From Macrostomum lignano (Eukaryota): DNA of 54,849 nt. Made by a program: the position numbers and the translations under genes. The notes under the pieces are model-generated. The model had not been told where the DNA came from and did not search any database. It saw only the letters and a program-made list of their open reading frames with translations. Shown in pieces: positions 35,029-51,569 of this stretch. Every line of letters starts with the position of its first letter. Position 1 is the stretch's first letter. The stretch is taken from the NCBI GenBank assembly GCA_002269645.1, contig NIVC01004211.1, forward strand, positions 1 to 54,849. The letters are read 5' to 3'.

Positions 35029-38000
35029 CTACTTCTGCTGCTCGCCCACGTCTTCGCCGGTCTGCAATGAGATTGGAGGCGATTCTCCATGAGATTGGAG
35101 GCGATTCTCCATGAGATGTGAGGCGATTCTCTGAGATTAGAGGCGATTCTCTATGAGATTAGAGGCGTTTCTTTATGAGTTTGAAGGCGATTATCTATGA
35201 GATTTTAGGGGATTCGTTCTCTGAGATGTGAGCCGATTCTGTGAGATTAAAGGCGATTCTGTAAGAGATTGGAGGCGATTCTCTATGAGATTGGAAGAAA
35301 TTCTCTGAGATTAGAGGCGATTCTGTAAGAAATTGGAGAGCGATTTATTGAGATTGGGTGCGATTATCTTTGAGATTGGAGAGCGAATTAGGGACCATAA
35401 TAAGGGAAAACTGATTATGTAATAGAATAATTTTCTGTCAAAAACAGTAATTCTATAGTTAGAATACCTTTCCATCATTCTTTCTGTTCGACTTCTCGTT
35501 GTTAGAATCGACAGCAGCTGGCGGCGCCTCCCCTCCGCTGTCCCTTCGCCGATTGGCGCCGCCTCGGCCTCGCCACCGGCCGCCGCCTCGACTGCCGCGA
35601 AATCCGCCGCCGCCGCGGTGAAAGTACACAGGCGGATACTGGTAGGGCATCGGCGGGCCGCCACCGGCCTGAGCCGGGAGGCCACCAGCGTAGCCGCCGC
35701 GATAGCTGCTGATCATGCCGGGGTCGTAATAGGCAGGCCGGCGCATCGGGCGGCCGCCACCGACGCCACGGTAAGCATAGGGGCCGGGGAAGGCCGGGTG
35801 CATCGGCACCATGCCGTACTCTGGTCCGGGCAAGCCGCGATCGCCCTTTGTTGGATAAAAGCAGAGCTTGGGCGTTGGCAGATCAGTAGCTTAGAGTTCT
35901 GATCCCAAATCCCAAGCGAATCTCTCAGACCTGATTAACCCAGATCCCAAGCAAATCCCAGAGACCTGATTATCTCAAATCCCAAGCAAACCTCTCAGAC
36001 CTGATTAACCCAAATCCCAAGCAAATCTCTTAGACCTGATTAACCCAAATCCCAAGCAAATCCCAGAGACCCGATTATCCCAAATCCCAAGCAAATCCCA
36101 GAGACCCGATTATCCCAAATCCCAAGCAAACTTCTCAGACCAGATTATCCAAAATCCTTTAGAACAAACCCGGGACACAGACAAAAACTTACTCCCAGAC
36201 CGGAGTATACACTCACCATGGGCATGCCGCCGCCCCGGCCGTACATGTAGGGCCTCGAATAGCGGCCGGGGGGCCTCCGCCCGAAGCCGTCGCCATAGCC
36301 GCCGCGAAAGCCGCCGCGTGGTCCGCCACGACCACCGCCAGGTCGAAATCTATTGGAAGCGTACTGGCTGCCCTGCACAGGACTGCCATCGGGCCCAGTG
36401 ACGTTGGACGCCTCTAGGCCTTTCTCGCCTTCGACAACGTCGAATTCGACTTTCTCGTTGTCGCCAACCGAGCGTTGCCATTTGTTTGGATTGTTCTTAA
36501 TAATGGCAGTCTGGTGCACGAATATGTCGTCTTTGTTGTCGTCTCGATTGATGAAACCGTAGCCATTCTTGACGTTGAACCATTTGACAGTGCCTGTCAC
36601 CTTGGTGGCTGGGGAGGGGATGGTTGAAAGGTTATTTAATGTCAGGCATTTCACTATCCATACAGGCTGCATTAGCAATCCATTCTGTTGCTGCACCCAT
36701 GATTGGCTAGATTAGCAATCTATTCTATTACTGCATTCATGATTGGCTAGATTAGCAATCCATTCTATTTCTGCATCCAAGATTGGCTAGGTTAGCAATC
36801 CATTATATTCTTGCATATGCTTTGCTTATATAAAAATGAAAAATTTTAGTCATTCAGGCAAATTCTGGAAGATAAAGACCCAAAAGGGGTCACACTCCAG
36901 ATCAAGTAGTATATGCCCAAAAATTCAGGCGTGCATTAGCCTTGCATACCAAAAGTTAGGCGTGCACAGTTGGTGTGCATGACTCCTAAGAAAATAGTGT
37001 GCATGCATACCTGGCATGGATTTCATAGAATCATGCAGAAGAATATATAATTATATATACAAACATTATCATTAGATTATATTAAGGGTAAAAGATTGAA
37101 AAGTTCATTTTGAAAAAAATTGAAACTTTTTGGTTTTAAAATTCATAATAAGGCATTTAAACAAATGTTTGTGAGCATTGATTTTCTACTATAAATAGTA
37201 TAGGCAAAAAAGATGCAACCAAATTATCCACTAAAAAGGATTCTTTATCCAACACAAAAAGGTCATTTATTGTTGCAATGCAAAAAAGTAATTTATTTAT
37301 TGTCAACATAGATTTGAGATTATAGGTGTGCAATAAATTTTTTTGGCATGCATTTGTATTTATTTAATTTTTTCAGGTATGCACCAAGTATGATTTGGAT
37401 TATTGAAAGAAGATAAAGAAAGAAGAGATAGCTTTATATTTTGGCAAATTGCTTGGTTGCCCTTTGGTTTTTTCTAGTCTTTACTTGGAAGGGACAACTA
37501 CCCTTTTCCCCTTGGTTAGACAATTGTATAATATATAAATAATATATAATTTATAAAATCTATATAATTTTTATGTAAAATGAATTTTATAACTAATCAG
37601 CCTAATGCAATGACTTTCTTTGAAAATAATAATCATATTGAAAACATTGATTAGAAATGTTAATTAACTACTATATATAACAAACAAAATAATAAATTAT
37701 TATATTATTGACATTATATTATAGGCTTTGAATTAGATCAATAAGTTTGAAATTTAACTAGGCCTAATATTTGTAGGAAAAGATCCATGTGTTTTCTTTT
37801 CAAAAGACCAGACCAAAACTAATCTAACTTAATATTAATATTTTTTAATTTAATCTTTTTATAACTGTTTCTTAAAAGCAATGGCAATTAAATTAAATGA
37901 TGCATTTTAATTGAAAGGTGGGGGTAAACTTCTAAATTTAATATTCTGTTAGTGTTATTAATATTATAAACCATTTTGGTACATAAAAGCAATATGCAAA

Positions 38001-38435
38001 TTTGAAAGCTTTAATTATAACTAGTATACTTGAAGTGTCCAGGATATCAATAACTTTTTTAGAATATGGTCATGGATTGGGGTGGGGCAAATAGGTAAAT
38101 GCAAAAGACAATGTTGATGTTCATAGCAGGTTATCTTCAAGTTTAATTCATAGTCCTAAATGTGACCTTTTGTTAGGTCTAAGGTCAAGGATAAGCCTTA
38201 AATTGCGTTTATATGCTGTAAAAAATAATAGGGTAAAAAAGCAATTCGACAGCAATTACACTGCACTCAAAAGTCAAAACCCTAAAAATTTTATTTTAAT
38301 GAATTATTGCATTTCTTACAAAAATTATCACACAATTCTTATAAAACGAAACCCAAACTTACCAACCACCTTCTTCTCTTTCTTAACCTCCTCACCACCA
38401 GACTTTGGTTCCTGAGTTGTTTCCTTATCCGTCAT
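35029..38435 (-). CDS. YBX1: Y-box binding (cold-shock domain) protein
   Basis: Exons 38435-38363 (MTDKE…EKKVV), 36608-36217 ([24 protein letters not shown]…VFVHQ-like IFVHQTAI), 35845-35468 (RG/Y/P-rich), 35061-35029; 291 aa, in phase. Confidence 0.93.
35065..35350. repeat. About 22-bp minisatellite (GAGATTGGAGGCGATTCTCCAT) in the last YBX intron
   Basis: Degenerate tandem array abutting the acceptor. Confidence 0.88.
35900..36150. repeat. About 35-bp minisatellite (CCCAAATCCCAAGCAAATCCCAGAGACCTGATTAT) in YBX intron 2
   Basis: About 7 copies. Confidence 0.9.
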
Positions 38436-40244
38436 GATAAAATTCCTTACTTTGTTGTTAAACCAACACTAGGCATTTGATGTTACCTTTGCTTTGCTAA
38501 CTGTATTTTTCAAAATATTAATACAGGACTAGTTTTAGTTGAAGCTAGAAAATTCAGTATAATTTATGTGCATATTTCTCTTAAAACATATACACTAATA
38601 TTGTTTTTTCCTTAAAAGTAGTTTTCTTTTCAGAAAATTTTAAATGTTTTGTTTATCATAACTAATTATTAAAAAATGAAAACCCGGAAAGATGACAAAG
38701 TGAAGAGTGGAGTAGGCTTCGAATGAAGTAGCTCAGGTAGCTCGAATGATAATACTAAAAGTAGCCCTTGCGATGATTTTTCCGCCTTTTTTACTGCTTT
38801 GTCTCAAAGTAACTATCTTTTAACTAATCATTTCCTAGAAGCGAGCCTTTAATTTTTAATGCTAGAGATTCCCAAATCAAACTAATTATTATGATTCGTA
38901 CTTAATTAGTACATGTTAATGTACAGTGTACATGTATTTTAGCCTATCTCGTAAGTGTAGTTCATCGAAAATTGGTCTACAAATAAGTCCTCCGATTGGT
39001 CTACGATTAAAATTCAACTGACGTGTCATTATGGTAATCGACATGTATGATTTCTTTGAAATTGCAAAAATTTATGAAGCGTTAGATTTTACATGCACTA
39101 GAAAATCAATGCATATTTTATTCCCTTTGACTCTTCACTATAATTTTGAATAAGACTCAAAAGCGCATGCAGCATCACCAATCCTACTATTTCACTTTAA
39201 CTTTCTATTTCAATGTTGTAGCGCATCAGCCCCTAGCTGCGGGCTCTATACTAATGGTATTTACATGTAATGTAATCGCTATACAGCATACAGCATTATT
39301 GACATCAACATCAACAGGAACTTACAACATCAACAGCATTGAACAGCATATTCAACTTAATACATGTACAGCAGTAAGTCATCTGTTGAGATCGTAAGAA
39401 AATAAAAAAACTGCTTGCCTCAGCATGTGGTCTGGTCACTTTTAGATTGTCTATATACATTTATGGTTGGTAGCTACTTAAATTGCTTTCTTATTAGCCC
39501 AAAGTAGGGTCATGTCGTTTTACGTGTAATTCGTCCAGATACTCGTAGTCCATGTAACTTTCTAAAGAGCCGCGCTTTTAAGTAGAAAGTAGATGCTTTT
39601 AACTTTTAGGCGAGGCAATATGATGAGACTTTTTTTAGTCTTATTAACCTCTTTCTCCAATGATTTACACTATAGTAATGGTTAGTTACAATTACAAACT
39701 ATGTAATTTTTAACCTACTTTTTATTTTCTAACATTTTCATATTTAACATAAAAAGGACGGAAAGATAAGATAAAATCTTGCTGAAAATGCTGAAGAAAA
39801 GCTTCCATTGCTACGCAAAAAATGCACCAACTTGCCCTCACGAGCCCAGAGTGATTTAGAGTCTATTTTTAGCTCAGCGCAGGGGTTGTCGATGCGTGAT
39901 TCACCCCAACTCGCGCCCTTCATTTGGCTGGGGAATCCCGCCTGCTACCTCTCAGCCCCAGTGTACACTCCTGTACACTCCTATTTGAGGGCTAGCTATT
40001 TTCCAAATTTGGCAGTTTCGACAAGGAGTGTTGGCGTTCTAATCTTGGACTGACTAACCCCTCCCAGCGGAGGGGGGACACCAACCCCTCAGCCTGACTA
40101 AATTTAATGCCAAATGCTGCAGAGAGAAGGTGAAATCCAGTTTGACTCAGCAGAGAAAACTGCACAGAAATGAATCGCTGACTAAATCTCCAACCATCCT
40201 CGAAGGAGCCAGCTCAGCATCATCGCATAAAGTTATCGACCACC

Positions 40245-42961
<2,717 letters not shown>

Positions 42962-43717
42962 ATGAAACAATCCAGTCTGCGCTCAGCTACTGATAGTAGG
43001 CCAGCAGCACATTTTGCTTTTGTTTTTTATGCAGCTGTAGTCCTGTAACGCTTTTTTAACTGTTTTTTGTAGCAATCAATGGAAATGAATTTGGCGGGAG
43101 TCCTTTGCATCGCCTGTTCCGTTCGCATTTTTTGGCTTCCTCTTTTGTGTACTCAGCTTGTTGGCAGCTAAACTACTTCAAGTAGCGTGATTTTGTTAAT
43201 CAATTAAGCATGCGATGTAAATTTTACAAGTGCGCGATAAAGAGTGCTGTTTGTAAGGCATTGTTTGCAGTTCAATTTTATTGCTGCCGACATCTTAGTC
43301 TCAATTTCTTTTATTTCGTTTTTATTCTGCATTCTGCATGTTGAACTTCTACCTTGGCTTATTTTACTGAAGCCCCTCTAACTTCCGGGAGTTTTGTTAT
43401 CCCAGATCGATGTTGCCTATTGCGCGAAATTTGAATTTTCCTTTTTTGAAAACAAATTTCTTTTCTTAACTGCTCACATTGTCTTGTAATTTCCTTTATT
43501 GATAGTATCAATTTTTTTCTTCTATCTGTATCTGCTTTTTAATTGTTTTTGTTTTCCAACAATTTGTGAGCCTTTCTTGAGCTTTTGAATCTATGCTAAA
43601 GTATACGGGTATGAAGTTTAACGGGTTACATTGAATGCTAGGAAACATTTGTGTATAATTGATAACCGTCTCATAAATGACTTAGTGTGTTTACTTTTTT
43701 GACATGTTTCTCATAGC

Positions 43718-45750
43718 TTGACAGGCGATTCTCATAGTTTGACTGGCGATTCTCATAGCTTGACAGGCGATTCTCATAGTTTGACTGGCGATTCTCATAG
43801 CTTGACAGGCGATTCTTATAGCCTGACAGGCGATTCTCATAGTTTGACAGGCGATTCTTATAGCCTGACAGGCGATTCTCATAGTTTGACAGGCGATTCT
43901 TATAGCCTGACAGGCGATTCTCATAGTTTGACAGGCGATTCTTATAGCCTGACAGGCGATTCTCATAGTTTGACAGGCGATTCTTATAGCCTGACAGGCG
44001 ATTCTCATAGTTTGACAGGCGATTCTCATAGTTTGACAGGCGATTCTCATAGTTTGACTGGTGATTCTCATAGTTTGATCGGCAATTCTCATAGTTTGAC
44101 AGGCGATTCTCATAGTTTGACATTCTATTCTCATAGCTTGACAGGAGATTCTCAGCTGACAGGCGATTATTATAGCCTGACAGGCGATTCTCATAGTTTG
44201 ACTGGTGATTCTCAAAGCTGACAGGCGATTTTCATAGCTTGACAGGCGATTCTCATAGCTGACAGGCGATTCTCATAGCTGACAGGCGATTCTCGTAGCT
44301 TGACAGGAGATTCTCATAGCTGACAGGCGATTCTCATAGCCTGACAGGCGATTCTCATAGCTGACAGGCGATTCTCATAGCTGACAGGCGATTCTCATAG
44401 TTTTACAGGCGAATCTCATAGTTTGACAATCTATTCTCATAGTTTGACAGGCGATTCTCATAGCTGACAGGCGATTCTCATAGTTTGACAGGCGATTCTC
44501 ATAGTTTGACATTCTATTCTCATAGTTTGACAGGCGATTCTCATAGTTTGACAGGCGATTCTCATAGTTTGACAGGCGATTCTCATAGTTTGACAGGCGA
44601 TTCTCATAGTTTGACATTCGATTCTCATAGTTTGACAGGCGATTTTCACAGTTTTACAGGCGATTCTCGTAGCTGACAGGCGATTATTATAGCCTGACAG
44701 GCGATTCTCATAGTTTGACTGGTGATTCTCAAAGCTGACAGGCGATTTTCATAGCTTGACAGGCGATTCTCATAGCTGACAGGCGATTCTCATAGCTGAC
44801 AGGCGATTCTCGTAGCTTGACAGGAGATTCTCATAGCTGACAGGCGATTCTCATAGCCTGACAGGCGATTCTCATAGCTGACAGGCGATTCTCATAGCTG
44901 ACAGGCGATTCTCATAGTTTGACATTCTATTCTCATAGTTTGACAGGCGATTCTCATAGTTTGACAGGCGATTCTCATAGTTTGACAGGCGATTCTCATA
45001 GTTTGACAGGCGATTCTCATAGTTTGACAGGCGATTCTCATAGTTTGACATTCTATTCTTATAGTTTGACAGGCGATTCTCATAGTTTGACAGGCGATTC
45101 TCATAGTTTGACAGGCGATTCTCATAGTTTGACATTCGATTCTCATAGTTTGACAGGCGATTTTCACAGTTTTACAGGCGATTCTCGTAGTTTGACAGGC
45201 GCTTCGCATAGCTTGACAGGCGATTAAAAAACTAATTATCAACATTTTGTAATTTGTAACATTGCGACGCGTTTCGCGATCACCATTGATCATTCTCAAG
45301 CAAATCTTAGTTATATTTGAAAACGAAACGGAGTTTAAACGGCGACATATATATAAGATGTGTTAAAAAATCAAATATTACGCAGTCAGTAGAATGAAGG
45401 AAATACAGTCACCAGTCACAATGCAATGTACAATGGCAGGCGATTCTCATAGCTTGACAGGAGATTCTCATAGCTGACAGGCGATTCTTATAGCCTGACA
45501 GGCGATTCTCATAGTCTGACTGGTGATTCTCACAGCTGACAGGCGATTTTCATAGCTTGACAGGCGATTCTCATAGCTTGACAGGCGATTCTCATAGCTT
45601 GACAGGCGATTCTCATAGCTTGACAGGCGATTCTTATAGCCTGACAGGCGATTCTCATAGCTTGACAGGCGATTCTCATAGTTTGACTGGTGATTCTCAC
45701 AGCTGACAGGTGATTCTCACAGCTGATAGGCGATTCTCATAGTTGACAGG
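43718..45750. repeat. 21-bp satellite (TGACAGGCGATTCTCATAGTT)n with an interruption at ~45225-45436 and a ~517-bp higher-order duplication
   Basis: The variant block CTGACAGGCGATTATTATAGCC...CTCAAAGCTG recurs at ~44155 and ~44672. Confidence 0.95.
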
Positions 45751-46301
45751 TGATTAATTGTACATATAATGACTGAGAAGAGGATTCTATTACATGTACT
45801 GGAGTTTGAATTCTCTCATCTAAAGTTGACAGTTCAAAGTCACAATTTAACGAGCTTTTACAATGAAATTAGCATCGCACTACTTGGCAGTAGTAGAAGC
45901 CGCGCTTTTAGCATAAAAAATTCCATTATTATCAAAAATGTTCCGATTCAAAATGACACGAAAAATACTTATAATTAAAACAAAAAGAAAATAGTTGAAC
46001 AATACTTAGTAAAGTAGAGTGAATAATTTCTATTTAGCAATTACAGCTTTAGGTACTACTGTTAAACTACTGCCGCTATCATGAACAAAAACGATCATCA
46101 ATATCGTCAGCTCCGAAAATACAGATCACCGGAAAAAACCCCGAAGTCCCGAGATCCAACGCGGCAGTACCCTGATCGCTGGGACCATTTAGCCAAATCG
46201 CTCTAGCCTGTATATATAAGTGTTGCGTCAGGACAAAACTTTCTACAAGGCACTGGCCTCACTTTAGCTGCACTCATCTATTCAGCCATAGAACTATAAA
46301 A

Positions 46302-48973
46302 ATGCAAGACAAGCACGAGCTGCCCAGTACAGCTGACTCATCCAAGGACTTCAACAAGGTGACAGAACACCTGTGCGACATGCTGGCTATGGCGAAGGCC
46401 GATGAAGCACAGCAGCTGATGATCGAACTCATGGGATCCAGCTCCAGAGGCAGCGCTGGCGAGGCAGCTGACATCGACATCGATAGCGAGTCCAGTCAGC
46501 TCGGAGCGCAGTTGAGCACATCCAAGTACAGCGAACTCGTCAGACGGGAGCTGCAGCTCACAATTCGATTGCGCAGGTTACAGCGGGGAGAGTCTGACGA
46601 ACAGCCGAGCACAGCACAGGCTTCGGACAGTGGCCGAACTGAGGCTCAGGTGACTCATCCAATATCTAAATTATCTATTCTGCCAGTTGGATCTACTCTC
46701 TCAGTTTTATCCTAATCCCTGAGTTGCATCTACTCTCTTAGTTGCATCTACTCTCTAAGTTGCATCTACTCTCTCAGTTGCATCTACTCTCTAAGTTGCA
46801 TCTACTCTCTCAGTTGCATCTACTCTCTCAGTTGCATCTACTCTCTCAGTTGCATCTACTCTCTCAGTTTTATCCTAATCCCTGAGTTGCATCTACTCTC
46901 TAAGTTGCATCTACTCTCTAAGTTGCATCTACTCTCTCAGTTGCATCTACTCTCTCAGTTGCATCTACTCTCTCAGTTGCATCTACTCTCTCAGTTTTAT
47001 CCTAATCTCTCAGCTGCATTTACTCTCTAAGTTGCATCTACTCTCTCAGTTGCATCTACTATCTCAGTTGCATCTACTCTCTCAGTTGCATCTACTCTCT
47101 CAGTTGCATCTACTCTCTCAGTTTTATCCTAATCTCTCAGTTGCATCTACTCTCTAAGTTGCATCTACTCTCTCAGTTGCATCTACTCTCTCAGTTGCAT
47201 TTACTCTCTCAGTTGCATTTACTCTCTCAGTTGCATTTACTCTCTCAGTTGCATCTACTCTCTGTTGCATCTACTCTCTCAGTTGCATCTACTCTCTCAG
47301 TTGCATCTACTCTCTCAGTTGCATCTACTCTCTCAGTTGCATCTACTCTCTCAGTTGCATCTACTCTCTCAGTTGCATCTACTCTCTCAGTTTTATCCTA
47401 ATCCCTCAGTTGCATCTACTCTCTAAGTTGCATCTACTCTCTCAGTTGCATCTACTCTCTCAGTTGCATTTACTCTCTCAGTTGCATTTACTCTCTCAGT
47501 TGCATTTACTCTCTCAGTTGCATCTCATCTCTCTCTCAGTTGCATCTACTCTCTCAGTTTTATCCTAATCCCTCAGTTGCATCTACTCTATAAGTTGCAT
47601 CTATTCTCTCAGTGTTTTCTACTCTCTCAGTTGCATCTACTCTATAAGTTGCATCTATTCTCTCAGTGTTTTCTACTCTCTCAGTTGCATCTACTCTATA
47701 AGTTGCATCTATTCTCTCAGTGTTTTCTACTCTCTCAGTTGTATTTAATTTCTTAGTTTTATCCCACTCACTCAGTTGCATATACTCTCAAATTTGCATC
47801 TACTTTCAAATTTGCATCCAATTACTGAATATCTAATCTCTCTACTCTCTCAGGTTCATCCTACTCACTCAGTTGTATCCAGACTCTCTCATTTCCATCC
47901 AATATCTAAATTACGAGCTATCTATTCTCTCAGTTGCATCTACTCTCATAGCTGCATCTAATCTCTCAGCTGCATTTACATCTACTCTCTCAGTCGTATC
48001 AATCTACTTTCTGAGTTGCATCTAATTTCTTAGTTGCGTCTCCTTTATAATATGTCAAACGCCTCTGCAGGTGAGCGAAGAGACCCGGCAGATGCAGTTG
48101 AAGAGGCGGGAGAAGAACCGGCAGTCAGCCATCGCCTGCAGGAAGAACCGCCGGGAGAGAGAAAATAGACTGAAGAAGGTGAGGCTGAGGACGCTCAAAA
48201 CTGCGATCGGGTGCTGAGAGTAGCTCGGGGAGAGCATGGGAGATGACAGCATGGGAGATGACAGCATGGGAGATGACAGCATGGGAGATGACAGCATGGG
48301 AGATGACAGCATGGGAGATGACAGCATGGGAGATGACAGCATGGGAGATGACAGCATGGGAGATGACAGCATGGGAGATGACAGCATGGGAGATGACAGC
48401 ATGGGAGATGACAGCATGGGAGATGACAGCATGGGAGATGACAGCATGGGAGATGACAGCATGGGAGATGACAGCATGGGAGATGACAGCATGGGAGATG
48501 ACAGCATGGGAGATGACAGCATGGGAGATGACAGCATGGGAGATGACAGCATGGGAGATGACAGCATGGGAGATGACAGCATGGGAGATGACAGCATGGG
48601 AGATGACAGCATGGGAGATGACAGCATGGGAGATGACAGCATGGGAGATGACAGCATGGGAGATGACAGCATGGGAGATGACAGCATGGGAGATGACAGC
48701 ATGGGAGATGACAGCAGTTGCCTCCCCAATTTCCAGGCAGTGCAGAGACTGGAGGAGGAGAACAGACTTCTGAGCAGCCGAATAAAGAAGTTCGAGCAGC
48801 TCTACAGAGAGAGCCTGAGCAACCTGCCCACCAAGATGAATTTCCAGACCTATCTGAAGGCACACCCTGATCTGGTGCGCGACCCGGATGTGAAGCCGGT
48901 GCTGCGAGAGTTCATCATCCATGACTACCCAAAGCTTCCCAACTACATCATGATGTCACTGGTTCCATCTTAA
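46302..48973 (+). CDS. Divergent AP-1 family (ATF3/BATF/Fos-like) bZIP protein
   Basis: Exons 46302-46649, 48071-48178 (KRREKNRQSAIACRKNRRERENRLKK), 48737-48973 (AVQRLEEENRLLSSRIKKFE…); phase-0 GT-AG junctions. Confidence 0.8.
46690..47990. repeat. 18-bp minisatellite (GTTGCATCTACTCTCTCA)n filling bZIP-2 intron 1
   Basis: Tandem array with periodic TTTTATCCTAAT spacers. Confidence 0.95.
48233..48716. repeat. Perfect 15-bp repeat (AGCATGGGAGATGAC)n, about 32 copies, in bZIP-2 intron 2
   Basis: No visible variants; explains the GDDSM/MTAWE pseudo-ORFs. Confidence 0.98.
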
Positions 48974-49507
48974 CTCAGTTAACATATGCAGAAACTTAAA
49001 CTGCTTCAGTTGCATACATAGTAACTATATAAGTATTTTCCATTTTGAAAGAATAACAATTGCAATTTGTGATAAATATATTTCAAACACTTATACCACT
49101 TTTTTTCTAACACTTTTCCTTTGAATCTTAAGGCATAGAAGTGCACCCACAGTTTCTGATCTTGACAATGAGGTACAACCGTTTAAAAAATAGCTATCGC
49201 GCAATGTTTAAATTTGTCAGCTGCCCAGAGATGCACCCGTACGATACTACTTCAGTAAGGTAGTACCTAGTATGAATAGCAGAGAATGTACGCGTACAAG
49301 GTGATTCCTCATTCTATTTTTAGACCCAGCGTCAGGGCTAGAAAACTTTACCTATGGGTGTAATTTTCTGGGCACCAAAATAAGCTTTATATGCCACAAG
49401 TCTACTGTTAGTAGAAATAGAAAAAATTTACTGGAAAAAGTGAAAAATTTCTCGATAAAGATTTCAAGCGAACTAACTACGGGTGTATTTTGAATCTAAC
49501 AAATCGA

Positions 49508-51357
49508 TTAAACTTTGACCGAGTCCGAGGTCTGACCGCCAGCGCTCTGGCCAGTCTGTCGCGGATTTCCGAGCAGGAAGACGCTGGAGGACATGGGGTC
49601 GAGCATCAGCTTGCAGGTCTCGTCAAGGCCAGCTGAAGTCGTTGGCTGCTGCGCTAGACTGCCGCCGGCCTCAACCTGCAGCACCTCCGGCACCTTCGGT
49701 ATCCACACCGAGCCGCCAAACTTGTCCAGGATGTACAGCACCCGATCCTCGGTAATGTCGGTGCCGTTGATGAGGTGGAGGCTGGCCGAGCGAAGGCCCA
49801 GTAGGAAAATGAAAATGCCGCACAATGCCAGGCCGTAGTGGTAGCCCGAGCCCACACTTTGGTCCTTTCTGTGGGTGGCGTGTAGATTGGGGCATTGGTG
49901 CCGAGGGCTGCATTGTGTCAGTTCATCAACTCATCCACTCTCAGTGAGTTAATCTAGGTCAACCCAGGTCAGCACGGATCAATCTAGGTCAACTGAGGTC
50001 AATTCAGCTCAATCGAGAACAATTCAAGTCAATTCAGGTCAATCCGGGTCAATTCAGGTCAATTCAGGTCAATCCAGGTCAATCCAGGTCAATTCAGGTC
50101 AATCCAGGTCAATCCAGGTCAATCCAGGTCAATCCAGGTCAATCCAGGTCAATTCAGGTCAATCCAGATCAATTCAGGTGAATCCAGGTCAATCGAGGTC
50201 AATCCAGGTCAATCCAGATCAATTCAGGTCAATTCAGGTCAATCCAGATCAATCGAGGACAATCCAGGTCAATCCAGATCAATTCAAATCAATCCAGATC
50301 AATTGAGGTCAATCCAGATCAATTCAGGTCAATCCAGATCAATTCAGGTCAATTCAGGTCAATCCAGATCAATCGAGGACAATCCAGGTCAATCCAGATC
50401 AATTCAAATCAATCCAGATCAATTGAGGTCAATCCAGATCAATTCAGGTCAATCCAGATCAATCCAGGTCAATCCAGATCAATTCAGGTCAATTCAGGTC
50501 AATCCAGATCAATCGAGGACAATCCAGGTCAATCCAGATCAATTCAAATCAATCCAGATCAATTGAGGTCAATCCAGATCAATTCAGGTCAATTCAGGTC
50601 AATCAAGGTCAATCCAGGTCAATCCAGGTCAATTCAGGTCAATCCAGATCAATTCAGGTGTTTCCAGGTCAATCCAGGTCAATCCAGGTCAATTCAGGTC
50701 AATTCAGGTCAATCCAGGTCAATCCAGGTCAATCCAGATCAATTCAGGTCAATCCAGGTCAATCCAGGTCAATCCAGGTCAATTCAGGTCAATCCAGATC
50801 AATTCAGGTCATTTCAGGTCAATCCAGGTCAATAGGTCAATCCAGGTCAATCCAGATCAATTCAGGTGAATCCAGGTCAATCGAGGACAATCGAGGTCAA
50901 TTCAGGTCAATTGAGGACAATCGAGGTCAATTCAGGTCAATCGAGGACAATCCAGGTCAACTCAGGTCAATCTATTCCAGCCCCCAGCTCACTTGGTGTC
51001 AGAGAAGTAGCCGATGAAGCCGCAGAACAGGGGCACCAGAGCCAGCAGCATCACGAGGGCGTCGCAGAGCAGCGGACTGCCGAATCGCGGATCCTTGAGC
51101 ATCTCGCGCTGCAGCGAGCCCTCCTCGCTGAGGGCGTTAGCTTCCTCTTTGCCGCCGCCGCCGCCGCCGCCGGCCGCTTTCGCCTGCTGCTCGGATGTCA
51201 TCCTGTTGAGCGATTTGATCAGCTGCGGATCGCAGGTCCCACCATCGCCACCGCTGTGAGAAACTTTCTGAGCGTTGCTGGCCGTTAGAATATTTGGAGC
51301 GCTGGTCCGTCTGACTCGCCTCTGGCCGGTGCTAAAACGGTGAGCTAATCTGGACAT
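49508..51357 (-). CDS. Unknown two-transmembrane protein, 254 aa
   Basis: Exons 51357-50993 and 49907-49508 join in phase 2 (SDTN|PRHQC). Hydrophobic segments LLCDALVMLLALVPLFCGFIGYF and YGLALCGIFIFLLGL. Start codon uncertain. Confidence 0.65.
49960..50970. repeat. 10-bp satellite (CAAT(C/T)CAG(G/A)T)n filling the intron of the 2-TM gene
   Basis: About 100 units. Confidence 0.96.
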
Positions 51358-51569
51358 TTTTTTTGTAAACAGCTGCTGTCACTATAATTGCTTGCTTTGA
51401 TGCTTTGAGTTCGGTGACATATAAATTCGGATTGCCACGGGCTTTTGGCCATAGACATTTGCTCAGTCAAAAATGACGCATCATATACTCGTAGACTGAA
51501 ACTTTCCAAGTGGCTGTTCGTCAAATTCAAGATCTTTAGTAAATGTGTATGATAATTAATAATAATTGA

